64,000 nucleotides of DNA from positions 383,691 through 447,690 of the forward strand of contig CAWAJR010000002.1 of NCBI GenBank assembly GCA_963782465.1. The letters run 5' to 3'. The number at the start of each line of letters is the position of its first letter. Position 1 is the first letter of the stretch. Both the position numbers and the translations under genes were made by a program. The notes under the pieces were generated by a model. The model made no database searches. It was not told where the DNA came from and saw only the letters and a list, made by a program, of their open reading frames with translations. Positions 27,438-36,221 of this stretch are shown here, piece after piece. Source of the stretch: an uncultured Actinomycetes bacterium (GTDB lineage: Bacteria; Actinomycetota; Acidimicrobiia; IMCC26256; PALSA-610).

Positions 27438-29408
27438 TCAGAACAGCGTCGACGCCCAATCGTCGTAGCCGTGGGCGTTGCGCCAGGTCTGTGCCGGGCT
27501 CGGGGTACCCGCCGGCGGCGCGGAGGTGCTGATGCCGCTGTCGACCACGTCGACCCGCGACGGAATGGTGTTGCTGGTGCGGATCTGCTGGCCGTCGATG
27601 ATCTCGAGCCGGTCGAGCCCGTTGTGGTGGCCCCACGATCGGATGTCGATCCGGCGCCCGGAGATGCCGCGTGGCGTCACGGTGCGCTTGGCCGTGAACG
27701 TGAAGCCTCCGCTCGGCGAATTCGACACCCAGGTGCGTTCGAAGTCGAGGTCAACCGGTCCGCCCGACGTTCCGTCCTTGCTGTCTTGGATCATGATCCG
27801 TCCCCGCAACCACGAGTCGAGGACGCGCAACCCCGAGATCTTCCCCCCGACGCCACCGATTACGTCGGGATGCACGACGTCTTGCGGGTCAAGGTCGTCG
27901 TCGGTCATGTTCCAGGCCGACACACCCTGCAGGAGGGTGTCGGTGCTGTTCGACACGAGGAACGCCGAGCCCGTGTCGTGCACGTCGGCGCCGTAGAACG
28001 AGACGCGCTGGGTCGACTGCTTGTCGGCATAGATCGTGCGCGGTGCTCGGTAGGGGCCGCGTTCGGGGTGCGACTTGTCAGGCGCTTGGCCGACCCACGC
28101 CTGCGCGGGGAATGAGTGGTCGGTGTACCAGAACGCGAGGTTGTTCCCGTACGCATAGAGCGAACCGTTGATGAACTTGAAGCCGACGAAGAGCACCCGG
28201 CTCGTCGTCGCGTCGAGCGTCAGCGGCGATCCGGAGAGGTCGACCACCACGCCGTCCTTGGACTCGGCGCGCAGCACGAGCCATCCCTTGTACTTCCCGG
28301 CCGTGGCCGCGTGGGGAGCAGAAACGGTTCCGGCTCGGTACGTCCCGTCGGGGACGGTCAGCACCTGGTCGCCGTGCTGCTGGATGTAGGTGACGATGTT
28401 CGAACCAAGATCGGTCGGGGGTGGTGACGGTGACCCGTCGCCCGGGCTCGTCGTCGGCGTCGTGCTCGGCGTCGTGCTCGGCGATGTGCTCGGCGATGTG
28501 CTCGGCGATGTGCTCGGCGGCACGCCGGGGTGGGTCGCCGGGGACCGGGCGGGGATGGTCGTCGACGGGGCCTTCGAACCGCTCTTGCCGCCGCTGCCCC
28601 GGAAGTACTCGGGGTAGTGCACCGCGGTCCCGTTGGCCGACATGACCTCCCACGAACCACTCGCGAGCCGCACGAGCCCGACGAGCACGCGGCTGCGCAA
28701 CGCGCTCGCGCTGTAGACGCCGGCGCCGTAGCCGTACACGTGACTGTCGTTGGCCGTCAGCCAGTAGCCGTGACCGTGCGAGGGTACGGCGATGCTCGTC
28801 ACGGCTGCGCTCGCGTGCCCCGCGGCGGACCCGTGGAACGCGGCGTGACCAAAGCTGAAGACGCCACCGTCCTGGGCCACGAGCCAGTAGCCGAGGCCGT
28901 CGCGAGTCGGCGCCATCGCCGCGATCGGGCTCTTCAACCGGATGACGGCGGCCGAACCGCGGAAGTGGGCATCACCGAAGCTGAACACCCCACCGTCGGA
29001 GGCAACCAGCCAGTAGCCCCGGCCCGAAGGCGTCGCGGCCATGCCGACGATCGGCTCGTTGAGATGGATCGCGCCGAGTGAACCTTTGAAACGCGCGTTG
29101 CCGAAGCTGAACACGCCGCCGTCGGAGGCCGTCAACCAGTAGCCGTGGCCGGATGGCGTCGCGGCGATGCCGACGATCGGTTCCCTGAGATGGATGCTCT
29201 GGGCGCCGCCGTAGGGACGGGCGTCGCCGAAGCCACGTACGAGGCCGTTCGAGTAGACGACCCAATAGCCACGACCCGAGGGCGTCGAGGCGAACGAGAC
29301 CGGAGCCACCGCCGGTGTCTGCGCCTGGAGCATCCCCTGCCAGCCGCCGATCGCGGCCAGTGTGAGGATGGTCGCACCGATCGCGATCGCGCGTCGACGG
29401 TGTCGCAT
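27438..29408 (-). CDS. Secreted protein: signal peptide, ~5 copies of a 42-aa 'GYWL..DGGVF.FG' repeat, S/T/P linker, C-terminal unknown domain
   Basis: Signal peptide MRHRRRAIAIGATILTLAAIGG... Repeats such as GYWLVASDGGVFSFGDAHFRGSAAVIRLKSPIAAMAPTRDGL. Linker PSTSPSTSPSTSPSTTPSTTPTTSP. The C-domain is paralogous to 24364..25593. Confidence 0.85.
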   Translation of the reverse strand: MRHRRRAIAIGATILTLAAIGGWQGMLQAQTPAVAPVSFASTPSGRGYWVVYSNGLVRGFGDARPYGGAQSIHLREPIVGIAATPSGHGYWLTASDGGVFSFGNARFKGSLGAIHLNEPIVGMAATPSGRGYWLVASDGGVFSFGDAHFRGSAAVIRLKSPIAAMAPTRDGLGYWLVAQDGGVFSFGHAAFHGSAAGHASAAVTSIAVPSHGHGYWLTANDSHVYGYGAGVYSASALRSRVLVGLVRLASGSWEVMSANGTAVHYPEYFRGSGGKSGSKAPSTTIPARSPATHPGVPPSTSPSTSPSTSPSTTPSTTPTTSPGDGSPSPPPTDLGSNIVTYIQQHGDQVLTVPDGTYRAGTVSAPHAATAGKYKGWLVLRAESKDGVVVDLSGSPLTLDATTSRVLFVGFKFINGSLYAYGNNLAFWYTDHSFPAQAWVGQAPDKSHPERGPYRAPRTIYADKQSTQRVSFYGADVHDTGSAFLVSNSTDTLLQGVSAWNMTDDDLDPQDVVHPDVIGGVGGKISGLRVLDSWLRGRIMIQDSKDGTSGGPVDLDFERTWVSNSPSGGFTFTAKRTVTPRGISGRRIDIRSWGHHNGLDRLEIIDGQQIRTSNTIPSRVDVVDSGISTSAPPAGTPSPAQTWRNAHGYDDWASTLF

Positions 29409-29545
29409 AAAGCCCCGGGCCCTTCGTCGGTCCAGGGCTGGCGGTCGGGTTCGGCAACCCGGCTAGGTCCCCCGCAGGACCCCCGTGGCTTTGCGTCCTC
29501 GAATCGCTTCGAGTTTGCCCTTTCGACCCGCCCTGGGTGCTGCCA
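29409..29545 (-). promoter_or_regulatory. Candidate structured 5' leader of the secreted repeat protein
   Basis: On the minus strand, the helix CCAGGGCGGGUCG (29536-29524) pairs with CGACCGCCAGCCCUGG (29447-29432). It encloses a GNRA-capped hairpin CUCGAA-GCGA-UUCGAG (29513-29498) and two further GC hairpins. The element ends about 20 nt before ATG 29408. Confidence 0.3.
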
Positions 29546-29869
29546 GTTGCGTCAGTCCTCGTCACGCAATGTGACGATCGTCTCGCTCACTGGATTCAAT
29601 CGGCAGCGCGTCGTTCGATTCTTAAGGTCGCCACGACGATTTGGTGGACGGAATGTCTGCTTTGTTGGGTAGTGCCCCGAGGTTGCCCGGCCAGAACGCG
29701 TCACCGTCGAAGGTCTTCGGCTGGACGCGTCATCCGAACAATCACGTCGAATCGCCGTTCGCGCCCCAGACGACGCCCGCGTTCCAGCGCGACGGTGGAT
29801 GAGGTCCCACCTTCGAAGTACCGTGCGGCGCCGCCTTGACAACCGTTTGACCGGCAGGGGGAACTTGTC

Positions 29870-30985
29870 ATGCGCGTAACGCGGGCGCGGTCGATGGTTT
29901 CGTCGCGCAACTGGAATCGGGCGCGTGACCTCCTCGCGACGTACGGCGACTTCTACCGCCAGTCGCCGCAGCGCAAGCCGGTGCATCGGCAGGTCGACGA
30001 AGCGGCACGGTTGTGGCGGGCCTACCGTTTCCCGCCGTACCAGTACCTGAAGCACGGCTTGTTCGAACGCGACGTGCGGGGTGACGTCGCCGCGTTCATG
30101 CCGATCGAGTGGTTCCACCGGTTCCGCGACGAGCGAAATACGCCGGACGCCGCGCGTGCAGTCATCGACAAGGCGGAGTTCGGGCGACGGATGGAGGCCG
30201 CCGGCTTGCCGGTTGTGCGTGAGTTGTTCGTCGTCGCGCGCGACCGCACCATCGTGGACGCGGCGCGCCGTCCGGTCAGCTTCGATTCGATGGTTGAGAC
30301 GCTCCTGGAACGACCGGTCACTACCCACTTCGTGAAACCGATGGCGAGCGGACAGGGTCGGGGGGCGTTCCGCGTCCTCGAGCGTGAACAGAAACTTCTC
30401 GTCGACGACGACGTGATCACCGAGGCATGGTTCTTCGAGCGATTGTTCGGCGATCGTCCGCACAAGAACTACGTGGTCCAACCAAACATCTGTCAGCATC
30501 CGTTGCTCGAGCGGCTGAACCCGGCGTCGGTCAATACGGTGCGGATCGACACCTTCATTGACGGCGATCGAGTGCAGATCAGTACCGCGCTGTTGCGAAC
30601 AAGCGACGGTACGTGCTGCACCGACAACCTCTCGACCGGTGGCTTCATCGTGGAGATCGATGTCGCCACCGGAGCCCTCGGGGCTGAAGCCCGAACCAAG
30701 CCGGGGCTTTCGCGTCGGTATGTCAGCGCTCATCCCGTGACGGGGTTTGTCTTCGACGGTGTGGTGCTACCGCACTGGGACGCGCTCCTCGACTGTGTTC
30801 GCCGCGGCGCCGAAGCGTTGCCCTCGTTGGGTTCCATCGGCTGGGACGTCGCCATCACGGCCGACGGCCCACTGTTCATCGAGGCTAATCACACCTACGA
30901 TTTCTCGACCCAGCAAGAAGGCGCTCGCGGGTTACGCGACACGCCTCTCGGCTGTGCTGTTCGCGAACGTTATGGGTTGGGTTGA
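29870..30985 (+). CDS. ATP-grasp protein of the sugar-transfer-associated type (ATPgrasp_ST-like)
   Basis: 371 aa. ..HFVKPMASGQGRG.. is followed by ..NTVRIDTF.. and ..GGFIVEIDVATG..WDVAIT.DGPLFIEAN.., the usual ATP-grasp C-terminal layout. Confidence 0.7.
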   Translation: MRVTRARSMVSSRNWNRARDLLATYGDFYRQSPQRKPVHRQVDEAARLWRAYRFPPYQYLKHGLFERDVRGDVAAFMPIEWFHRFRDERNTPDAARAVIDKAEFGRRMEAAGLPVVRELFVVARDRTIVDAARRPVSFDSMVETLLERPVTTHFVKPMASGQGRGAFRVLEREQKLLVDDDVITEAWFFERLFGDRPHKNYVVQPNICQHPLLERLNPASVNTVRIDTFIDGDRVQISTALLRTSDGTCCTDNLSTGGFIVEIDVATGALGAEARTKPGLSRRYVSAHPVTGFVFDGVVLPHWDALLDCVRRGAEALPSLGSIGWDVAITADGPLFIEANHTYDFSTQQEGARGLRDTPLGCAVRERYGLG

Positions 30986-31653
30986 CGACATTTCTGCGAC
31001 GTCTTGCCGACGTCGAAGCCTCCGAGTCCTTGTCCAACCGCCTTCGGCGCCGCCGCTTTGCGCGTTTTCAGTCGCTCCTCGCTGAGCTCGAGCACCCGGT
31101 TCGCATCCTCGACGTCGGCGGCACCGAAACGTTCTGGCAGAACATGCGGGTCGAGACGTCCGATTCGATCAGCGTCGTTCTGCTCAACCTCGACGTCACG
31201 GCGCCGACGAGTTCGACGTTCAGCGTCGCGCGCGGCGACGCGACCGACCTTTCGCGCTACGCCGACGGGGCGTTCGATGTTGTGTTCTCCAACTCCGTCA
31301 TCGAGCACGTCGGGGATCTCCACGCGCAACGCCGTATGGCCGATGAAGTGCGGCGGGTGGCGACGCACTACTGGGTTCAGACGCCATGCCGGTGGTTCCC
31401 GATCGAACCTCATTTCCTGTTCCCGCTCTTCGGGGTGATGCCCATCTCGTTGCGAGCCTGGTTCATCAGGCATTTCTCCCTCGGCTGGCGTGAACGGGTA
31501 CCCGATCGAGATGCGTCGTACCGCGCGGCAAGGTCGGTCCGGCTCCTCAGCCGGCGAGAGCTCCAGTCGATGTTCCCCGATGCCGCGTGCCTGCGAGAGC
31601 GGTTCTTCGGGTTGACGAAGTCGTGGATCCTGATCGGCGGCTGGCCGCACTGA
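30982..31653 (+). CDS. Class I SAM-dependent methyltransferase
   Basis: Contains RILDVGG.. and ..FDVVFSNSVIEHV... Its TTG start overlaps the ATP-grasp stop by 4 nt. Confidence 0.8.
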   Translation: MTTFLRRLADVEASESLSNRLRRRRFARFQSLLAELEHPVRILDVGGTETFWQNMRVETSDSISVVLLNLDVTAPTSSTFSVARGDATDLSRYADGAFDVVFSNSVIEHVGDLHAQRRMADEVRRVATHYWVQTPCRWFPIEPHFLFPLFGVMPISLRAWFIRHFSLGWRERVPDRDASYRAARSVRLLSRRELQSMFPDAACLRERFFGLTKSWILIGGWPH

Positions 31654-31714
31654 CATCCGGTACGGGTAGGCGCACCGCCGGGCCCCGCACGGTTGCGTCT
31701 ACCCTGCGCGTCGC

Positions 31715-32638
31715 ATGACCGCATCGCCGCCGATCCTCGTCGTCGGCATCTCTCGCCGGAGCGGTACGAACTATCTCGCCAGCCTGATCTCGCTGCACGA
31801 GGACTGCGCGCCACCGCGGCCACCGCTGGCCGAAGATCATCTGCTGCGCGACGCGACGTTGCTCACGGAGTACGCGCGCCGGGCGTCGGAACGATGGCCG
31901 CTGCGCTGGGGTGATCGCGCCGATGCGCGCACACGGTTGCAGTGGAGCCTTGGTGCGGCGCTCGAGGCATTCCTCGCCGACGGCGTGGCGGCACCACGTG
32001 TCGTGAGCAAGACCCCGAGCCCCGAACATCTCGACCTCCTCCCCGACCTCCTTCCCGACGCGTACGTCATCGTGCTCCTGCGCGACGGGCGCTCGACCGT
32101 GCAATCGATGGTGCGGGGCTTCCGTTTCTCCTTCCACAAAGCCGCGAGCGAATGGGCCGCCGGTGCCGCGTCGATCCTTGCGTTCCAGCGCGATGTCGTG
32201 CCCGCGCACCCGGGGTTGCGGGTGCGGATCGTGAAGTACGAAGACGTCGTCGCCGACACCGAGCGCGAGCTGCGCGCGCTACTCGAGTTCTGCGCGCTCG
32301 ACACGACCCGCTTCGACTTCGCGGCCGCGGTGAATGCACCCGTGATCGGGTCGTCGTTCGTGCGCACCGGTGAGGGCCGGCTCACCTGGCAACCGCAAGC
32401 CCGCACGACCGACTTCTCGCCCACGAGGCGGTTCGAACAATGGGGTGCGGCTTCCCGCGCGCGCTTCGACCATCTCGCCGGCGACCTCCAACGCGCGCTC
32501 GGCTACGAGTCGCCCGCCGTCACGGGTCAGGCCTGGTCGGTGTTCAACCGCGTGGCTGATGCCGCGGCACCCCTTGCGCGGCTCCGCGACGACGCGACCC
32601 AGCGCTACTACGTCCGGAAAGCCCGGCGCCGAGCCTGA
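31715..32638 (+). CDS. Sulfotransferase-family protein
   Basis: Contains PILVVGISRRSGTNYL (PSB-like loop) and VIVLLRDGRSTVQS (3'-PB-like). Confidence 0.75.
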   Translation: MTASPPILVVGISRRSGTNYLASLISLHEDCAPPRPPLAEDHLLRDATLLTEYARRASERWPLRWGDRADARTRLQWSLGAALEAFLADGVAAPRVVSKTPSPEHLDLLPDLLPDAYVIVLLRDGRSTVQSMVRGFRFSFHKAASEWAAGAASILAFQRDVVPAHPGLRVRIVKYEDVVADTERELRALLEFCALDTTRFDFAAAVNAPVIGSSFVRTGEGRLTWQPQARTTDFSPTRRFEQWGAASRARFDHLAGDLQRALGYESPAVTGQAWSVFNRVADAAAPLARLRDDATQRYYVRKARRRA

Positions 32639-32662
32639 AGCGCGATAGGCGGGCAGAACGAG

Positions 32663-32709
32663 AACGCCCCGAGCTCGACCGTTTGCGGGGGAACGGCGAG
32701 CTCGGGGCG
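32663..32709. terminator. Long GC hairpin between convergent sulfotransferase genes
   Basis: The 14-bp arm acgccccgagctcg pairs with cgagctcggggcgt. The loop contains an inner 5-bp stem (ccgtt/aacgg). Confidence 0.5.
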
Positions 32710-32905
32710 TCTCACGACGGCGAGCAGGTTCCCCGCCGGCGATATGGCAACCGGACGGCGCGATGGGCTGTCGGAAAATGCGACGGCCGTACCCCCCGGG
32801 CAACTCATGTGCCTCTCCATTCGTGATCGGCATTTGCCGGCGTGACGCTTGAGCCGCTGGGCGCGATTTGTCCGACAAAATGTCCGATAAGAGGGCGGGC
32901 GCGGC

Positions 32906-33835
32906 CTACGCGATCCCCCAGCCGTCGAAGTCGGGACCGACGAACGGCTTCAGGCGGGCGACGTCGTCGTGGAAGGACGCCCGCAGTTCGGCTGCCCGGC
33001 CCGCGGGGAGGATGCCCGCGTCGAGGTCGACGGGCCGGGTCAGGAGGCGCTCGCCGGCGCGGCGTACGGCAACCGGGGTGCGGTCGACCACGGCCCGGTA
33101 GAGCCGGTTGCCGTGCAGGTGCCGCCACACGGCACGACGGGTGCGTTTCGTCTCGGTACGCCCGCGCTCCTCATCGATGGAGGCAGGCACCTCGCGGTCG
33201 TCGACACCGATGAAACGGAACAATCGGGCCAACGTCGCTTCGCGGTCCGCTTTCAAGGCTTCGGAGGTGAGCACGCAGATCCGGTCCGGATCGAAGAACT
33301 CGAGGTACTGGTCGAGTTGCCATGCATAGCGGCTCGAGTTCAGGTACATCGGTTCTTCAGCCAGCGCCTGCTCGATCGGCCGGGTTTCTCGGCCCCTCGC
33401 CAACTCGTGCAGGTACATCGAGCACGCCCGCGCGACCGGTTCGCGAACCAGGTACACCAACTTCACCTCAGGTACCACTTGCGCGATCCGTGCCGCGACG
33501 CCGGGGAACTGGTCGGCTTGCGAATACGACGGCGAAACCTCGCCGCGGGCGATCGCATCGCCTGCCGCGGCGAAATGCTCGGCGTACCACTCGACGCCTT
33601 CGTCCCAGTGCTTCGACGCGGGGAAGAAATGCAGTTCCTTGGGTGTGGCCATGAAGACCTGCGAGTGGGCCTGGAGGTAGCCGTAGAGGCTGGTGGTTCC
33701 CGATTTCATCGCGCCGATCACCAGGAAGGTCGGCAGTACCAATCCGTCGTTCAACTTCGCCTGCTTGTCGGTGCTGACGGGCAATGGTCGCGCGGTAGCA
33801 CCATCCGGCTCGCAGTTCGTGAGGAGCCCGAGCAT
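32906..33835 (-). CDS. Sulfotransferase (Sulfotransfer_1-like)
   Basis: Contains FLVIGAMKSGTTSLYGYL (5'-PSB) and KLVYLVREPVARACS (3'-PB). Confidence 0.85.
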   Translation of the reverse strand: MLGLLTNCEPDGATARPLPVSTDKQAKLNDGLVLPTFLVIGAMKSGTTSLYGYLQAHSQVFMATPKELHFFPASKHWDEGVEWYAEHFAAAGDAIARGEVSPSYSQADQFPGVAARIAQVVPEVKLVYLVREPVARACSMYLHELARGRETRPIEQALAEEPMYLNSSRYAWQLDQYLEFFDPDRICVLTSEALKADREATLARLFRFIGVDDREVPASIDEERGRTETKRTRRAVWRHLHGNRLYRAVVDRTPVAVRRAGERLLTRPVDLDAGILPAGRAAELRASFHDDVARLKPFVGPDFDGWGIA

Positions 33836-33870
33836 CGGCCATCATTGGGCGAACGGCACGGAAGGGGAAC

Positions 33871-35127
33871 ATGACAGCCGCCGGCCGGACGCGTCGCGTC
33901 CTGATCATCGTCCAGAACCTTCCGGTACCGCTCGACCGGCGCGTCTGGATGGAATGCCAGGCCCTCGTCGACGCCGGCTACGGCGTCACCGTGATCTGCC
34001 CTCGTGGCGACCGGCCCGAAGACCGCTCCCGATTCGAAGTCCTCGACGGCGTGCACATCTACCGGTACCGCAGCGCGCCGCAGGCCGAAGGAGCAACCGG
34101 GTTCTTCTACGAGTTCGCCTACTGCTTCCTCGTCAGCCTCTACCTCGCCGTGAAGGTGTACCGGCGGGAGGGTTTCGACGCGATCCAGGCGTGCAACCCG
34201 CCCGATACGTTCTGGGCGCTCGCACTGCTCTTCCGCCCGCTCGGCGTGCGCTTCGTCTTCGATCAGCACGACATGTGCCCCGAGGTGTACGAGGCACGCT
34301 TCGAGCAACCCTCTCGCGTGCTGCTCGGCGCGCTCAAGCTGCTCGAACGCGCGTCGTACCGAACCGCGCACCAGGTCGTGGTGACGAACACCTTCGAGCG
34401 CGACATCGCGTCGCGGCGAGGGCATCTCGGGCCCGGCGATGTCACTGTCGTGCGCAATGCACCGCGCTCCGACCGCTTCGTCCGCGGTGTCGCGCACCCC
34501 GAACTGAAACGCGGTCGCGACCACCTTTGCTGCTACCTCGGCGTCATGGGGCCACAAGACGGCGTCGACATCGCGATCCGCGCCCTCGACGTGATCGTGC
34601 ACAAGCTGGGTCGCACCGACGTGTCGTTCGCGCTCATGGGGTTCGGCGACTCGTTCGACGAGTTGCAGGCGCTCTGCGAGGAACTGCACGTCGACGACTA
34701 CGTCGAGTTCACGGGCCGGGCCGACGACACGATGATCGGCGAATACCTGTCGACGGCCGATGTCGGGCTCGTGCCCGATCCGCCGACCCGCTTCAACGAC
34801 ACGTCGAGCATGAACAAGACGGTCGAGTACATGGCGTTCGCAGTGCCGCTGGTCGCGTTCGACCTGCGCGAAACCCGCGCGACGGCCGGCGACGCGGGTG
34901 TGTACGTGACCGGCAACGACCCCACTGGCTTCGCCAACGCGGTGCTGATGCTGCTCGACGACCCAGAACGCCGGCGGGTCATGGGCGAGGCCGGGCGGGC
35001 CAAACTCGAGCACGAGTTGGCATGGGAGCACCAGGCCGACGCGTACATCGGCGTCTACAACCGCGTACTGGGCGGTGCGCGTGTGGACGACCACGACCGA
35101 GGAACGTCGCCTCAGGCTGCGTCGTAG
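33871..35127 (+). CDS. GT-B family-4 glycosyltransferase
   Basis: The N-domain begins RVLIIVQNLPVP.D.R. The C-domain carries ..SSMNKTVEYMAFAVPLVAFDL.. (E-x7-E-like). Confidence 0.85.
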   Translation: MTAAGRTRRVLIIVQNLPVPLDRRVWMECQALVDAGYGVTVICPRGDRPEDRSRFEVLDGVHIYRYRSAPQAEGATGFFYEFAYCFLVSLYLAVKVYRREGFDAIQACNPPDTFWALALLFRPLGVRFVFDQHDMCPEVYEARFEQPSRVLLGALKLLERASYRTAHQVVVTNTFERDIASRRGHLGPGDVTVVRNAPRSDRFVRGVAHPELKRGRDHLCCYLGVMGPQDGVDIAIRALDVIVHKLGRTDVSFALMGFGDSFDELQALCEELHVDDYVEFTGRADDTMIGEYLSTADVGLVPDPPTRFNDTSSMNKTVEYMAFAVPLVAFDLRETRATAGDAGVYVTGNDPTGFANAVLMLLDDPERRRVMGEAGRAKLEHELAWEHQADAYIGVYNRVLGGARVDDHDRGTSPQAAS

Positions 35128-36221
35128 AAGCTGCGCACGCCGTCGACCACCTGGTCGATCGCGCCGTCGTCGAGTTCCGGGTAGCAGGGCAACGACACGA
35201 TCGAGTCGGCGAGCGCCTCGGCGACGGGGAAGTCGCCGCGAGCGTGACCGAGGTGCCGGTACGCAGGCTGCAAGTGCAACGGCACCGGGTAGTGCACGCC
35301 GGTGGCGATTTCGCGCGCGGCAAGATGCTTCCGCAAACCATCACGGTCTTCGGCCCGCATGACGTAAAGGTGGTGCACCGGCTCCGCGCCGTCGACGAAG
35401 GTCGGGAACGACAGCCCACCGACATCCGCGAGTGCCTCGTTGTAGCGCTGCGCGCACCGTCGTCGTTTCGCATTGCCCTCGTCGAGAAACCGCAACTTCA
35501 CGCCGAGAACCGCGGCCTGGATCGTGTCGAGGCGGCTGTTCCAACCTTCGACACGATGCTCGTACTTGTCGAGGCGGCCGTGGTCGGCGTAGAGACGGAC
35601 GCGTTCCGCGGTCTCGTCGTCGTTGGTGACCACGGCGCCGGCGTCGCCGTAGGCACCGAGGTTCTTCCCGGGATAGAAGCTGAACGCCCCGGCCCGGCCG
35701 AGCGCACCAACCCGCTTTCCGCGTAGGCGCGCGCCGTGCGCCTGCGCGGCGTCTTCGACGACCATCAGGTGACGCTCCGCGGCGAACCCGTTCACCGCGT
35801 CCATGTCGACCGGATGGCCGTACAGGTGCACCGGTACCACGGCACGCGTGCGATCGGACACGCGCGCCGCGGCCTCTCCGACGTCGAACAACCAGGTGTC
35901 GGGGTTGATGTCGACAAAACGCGGGACGGCACCGACGTGGCCCATCGCCTCCGCGGTGGCAATGAATGTCGTGGGAACGGTGAGCATCTCGTCGCCGGGC
36001 TCGATCTCGAGCGCGCGGAACACAAGGCGCAACGCATCGGTACCGTTGCCCACACCGATCGCGTGTCGCGCCTCGCAATAGGCGGCGAAGGCCGTCTCGA
36101 ACTCGCCGACGGCGGGGCCCTTCACGAACGCGGTCGTCTCGATCACCGCGGCGATCGCGGCGTCGATGTCCGGCTTGAGGTTGTCGTACTGCGAGCGCAG
36201 GTCGACCAGGGGGATCTTCAT
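35112..36221 (-). CDS. DegT/DnrJ/EryC1/StrS-family PLP-dependent sugar aminotransferase (WbpE-like)
   Basis: Contains ..VGNGTDAL..VVEDAAQAHGA..GAFSFYPGKNLGAYGDAGAVVTND.., with the PLP lysine in YPGKNLG. Confidence 0.9.
   Translation of the reverse strand: MKIPLVDLRSQYDNLKPDIDAAIAAVIETTAFVKGPAVGEFETAFAAYCEARHAIGVGNGTDALRLVFRALEIEPGDEMLTVPTTFIATAEAMGHVGAVPRFVDINPDTWLFDVGEAAARVSDRTRAVVPVHLYGHPVDMDAVNGFAAERHLMVVEDAAQAHGARLRGKRVGALGRAGAFSFYPGKNLGAYGDAGAVVTNDDETAERVRLYADHGRLDKYEHRVEGWNSRLDTIQAAVLGVKLRFLDEGNAKRRRCAQRYNEALADVGGLSFPTFVDGAEPVHHLYVMRAEDRDGLRKHLAAREIATGVHYPVPLHLQPAYRHLGHARGDFPVAEALADSIVSLPCYPELDDGAIDQVVDGVRSFYDAA

Noticed and set aside
29432-29536. Canonical ydaO (c-di-AMP) riboswitch
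   Set aside because: Only two short core-like strings match, and they are about 9 nt apart. The consensus needs an entire second pseudo-symmetric half between them. I kept this only as an unclassified structured leader, pending a covariance-model search.
29409-30985. Graspetide (omega-ester RiPP) cluster: ATP-grasp with a precursor peptide in the 461-bp upstream gap
   Set aside because: The only plus-strand ORF in the gap (29537..29839) is Arg-rich with poor codon bias and lacks a Thr/Ser-Asp/Glu core. The ATP-grasp resembles the sugar-transfer-associated class rather than microviridin-type ligases.
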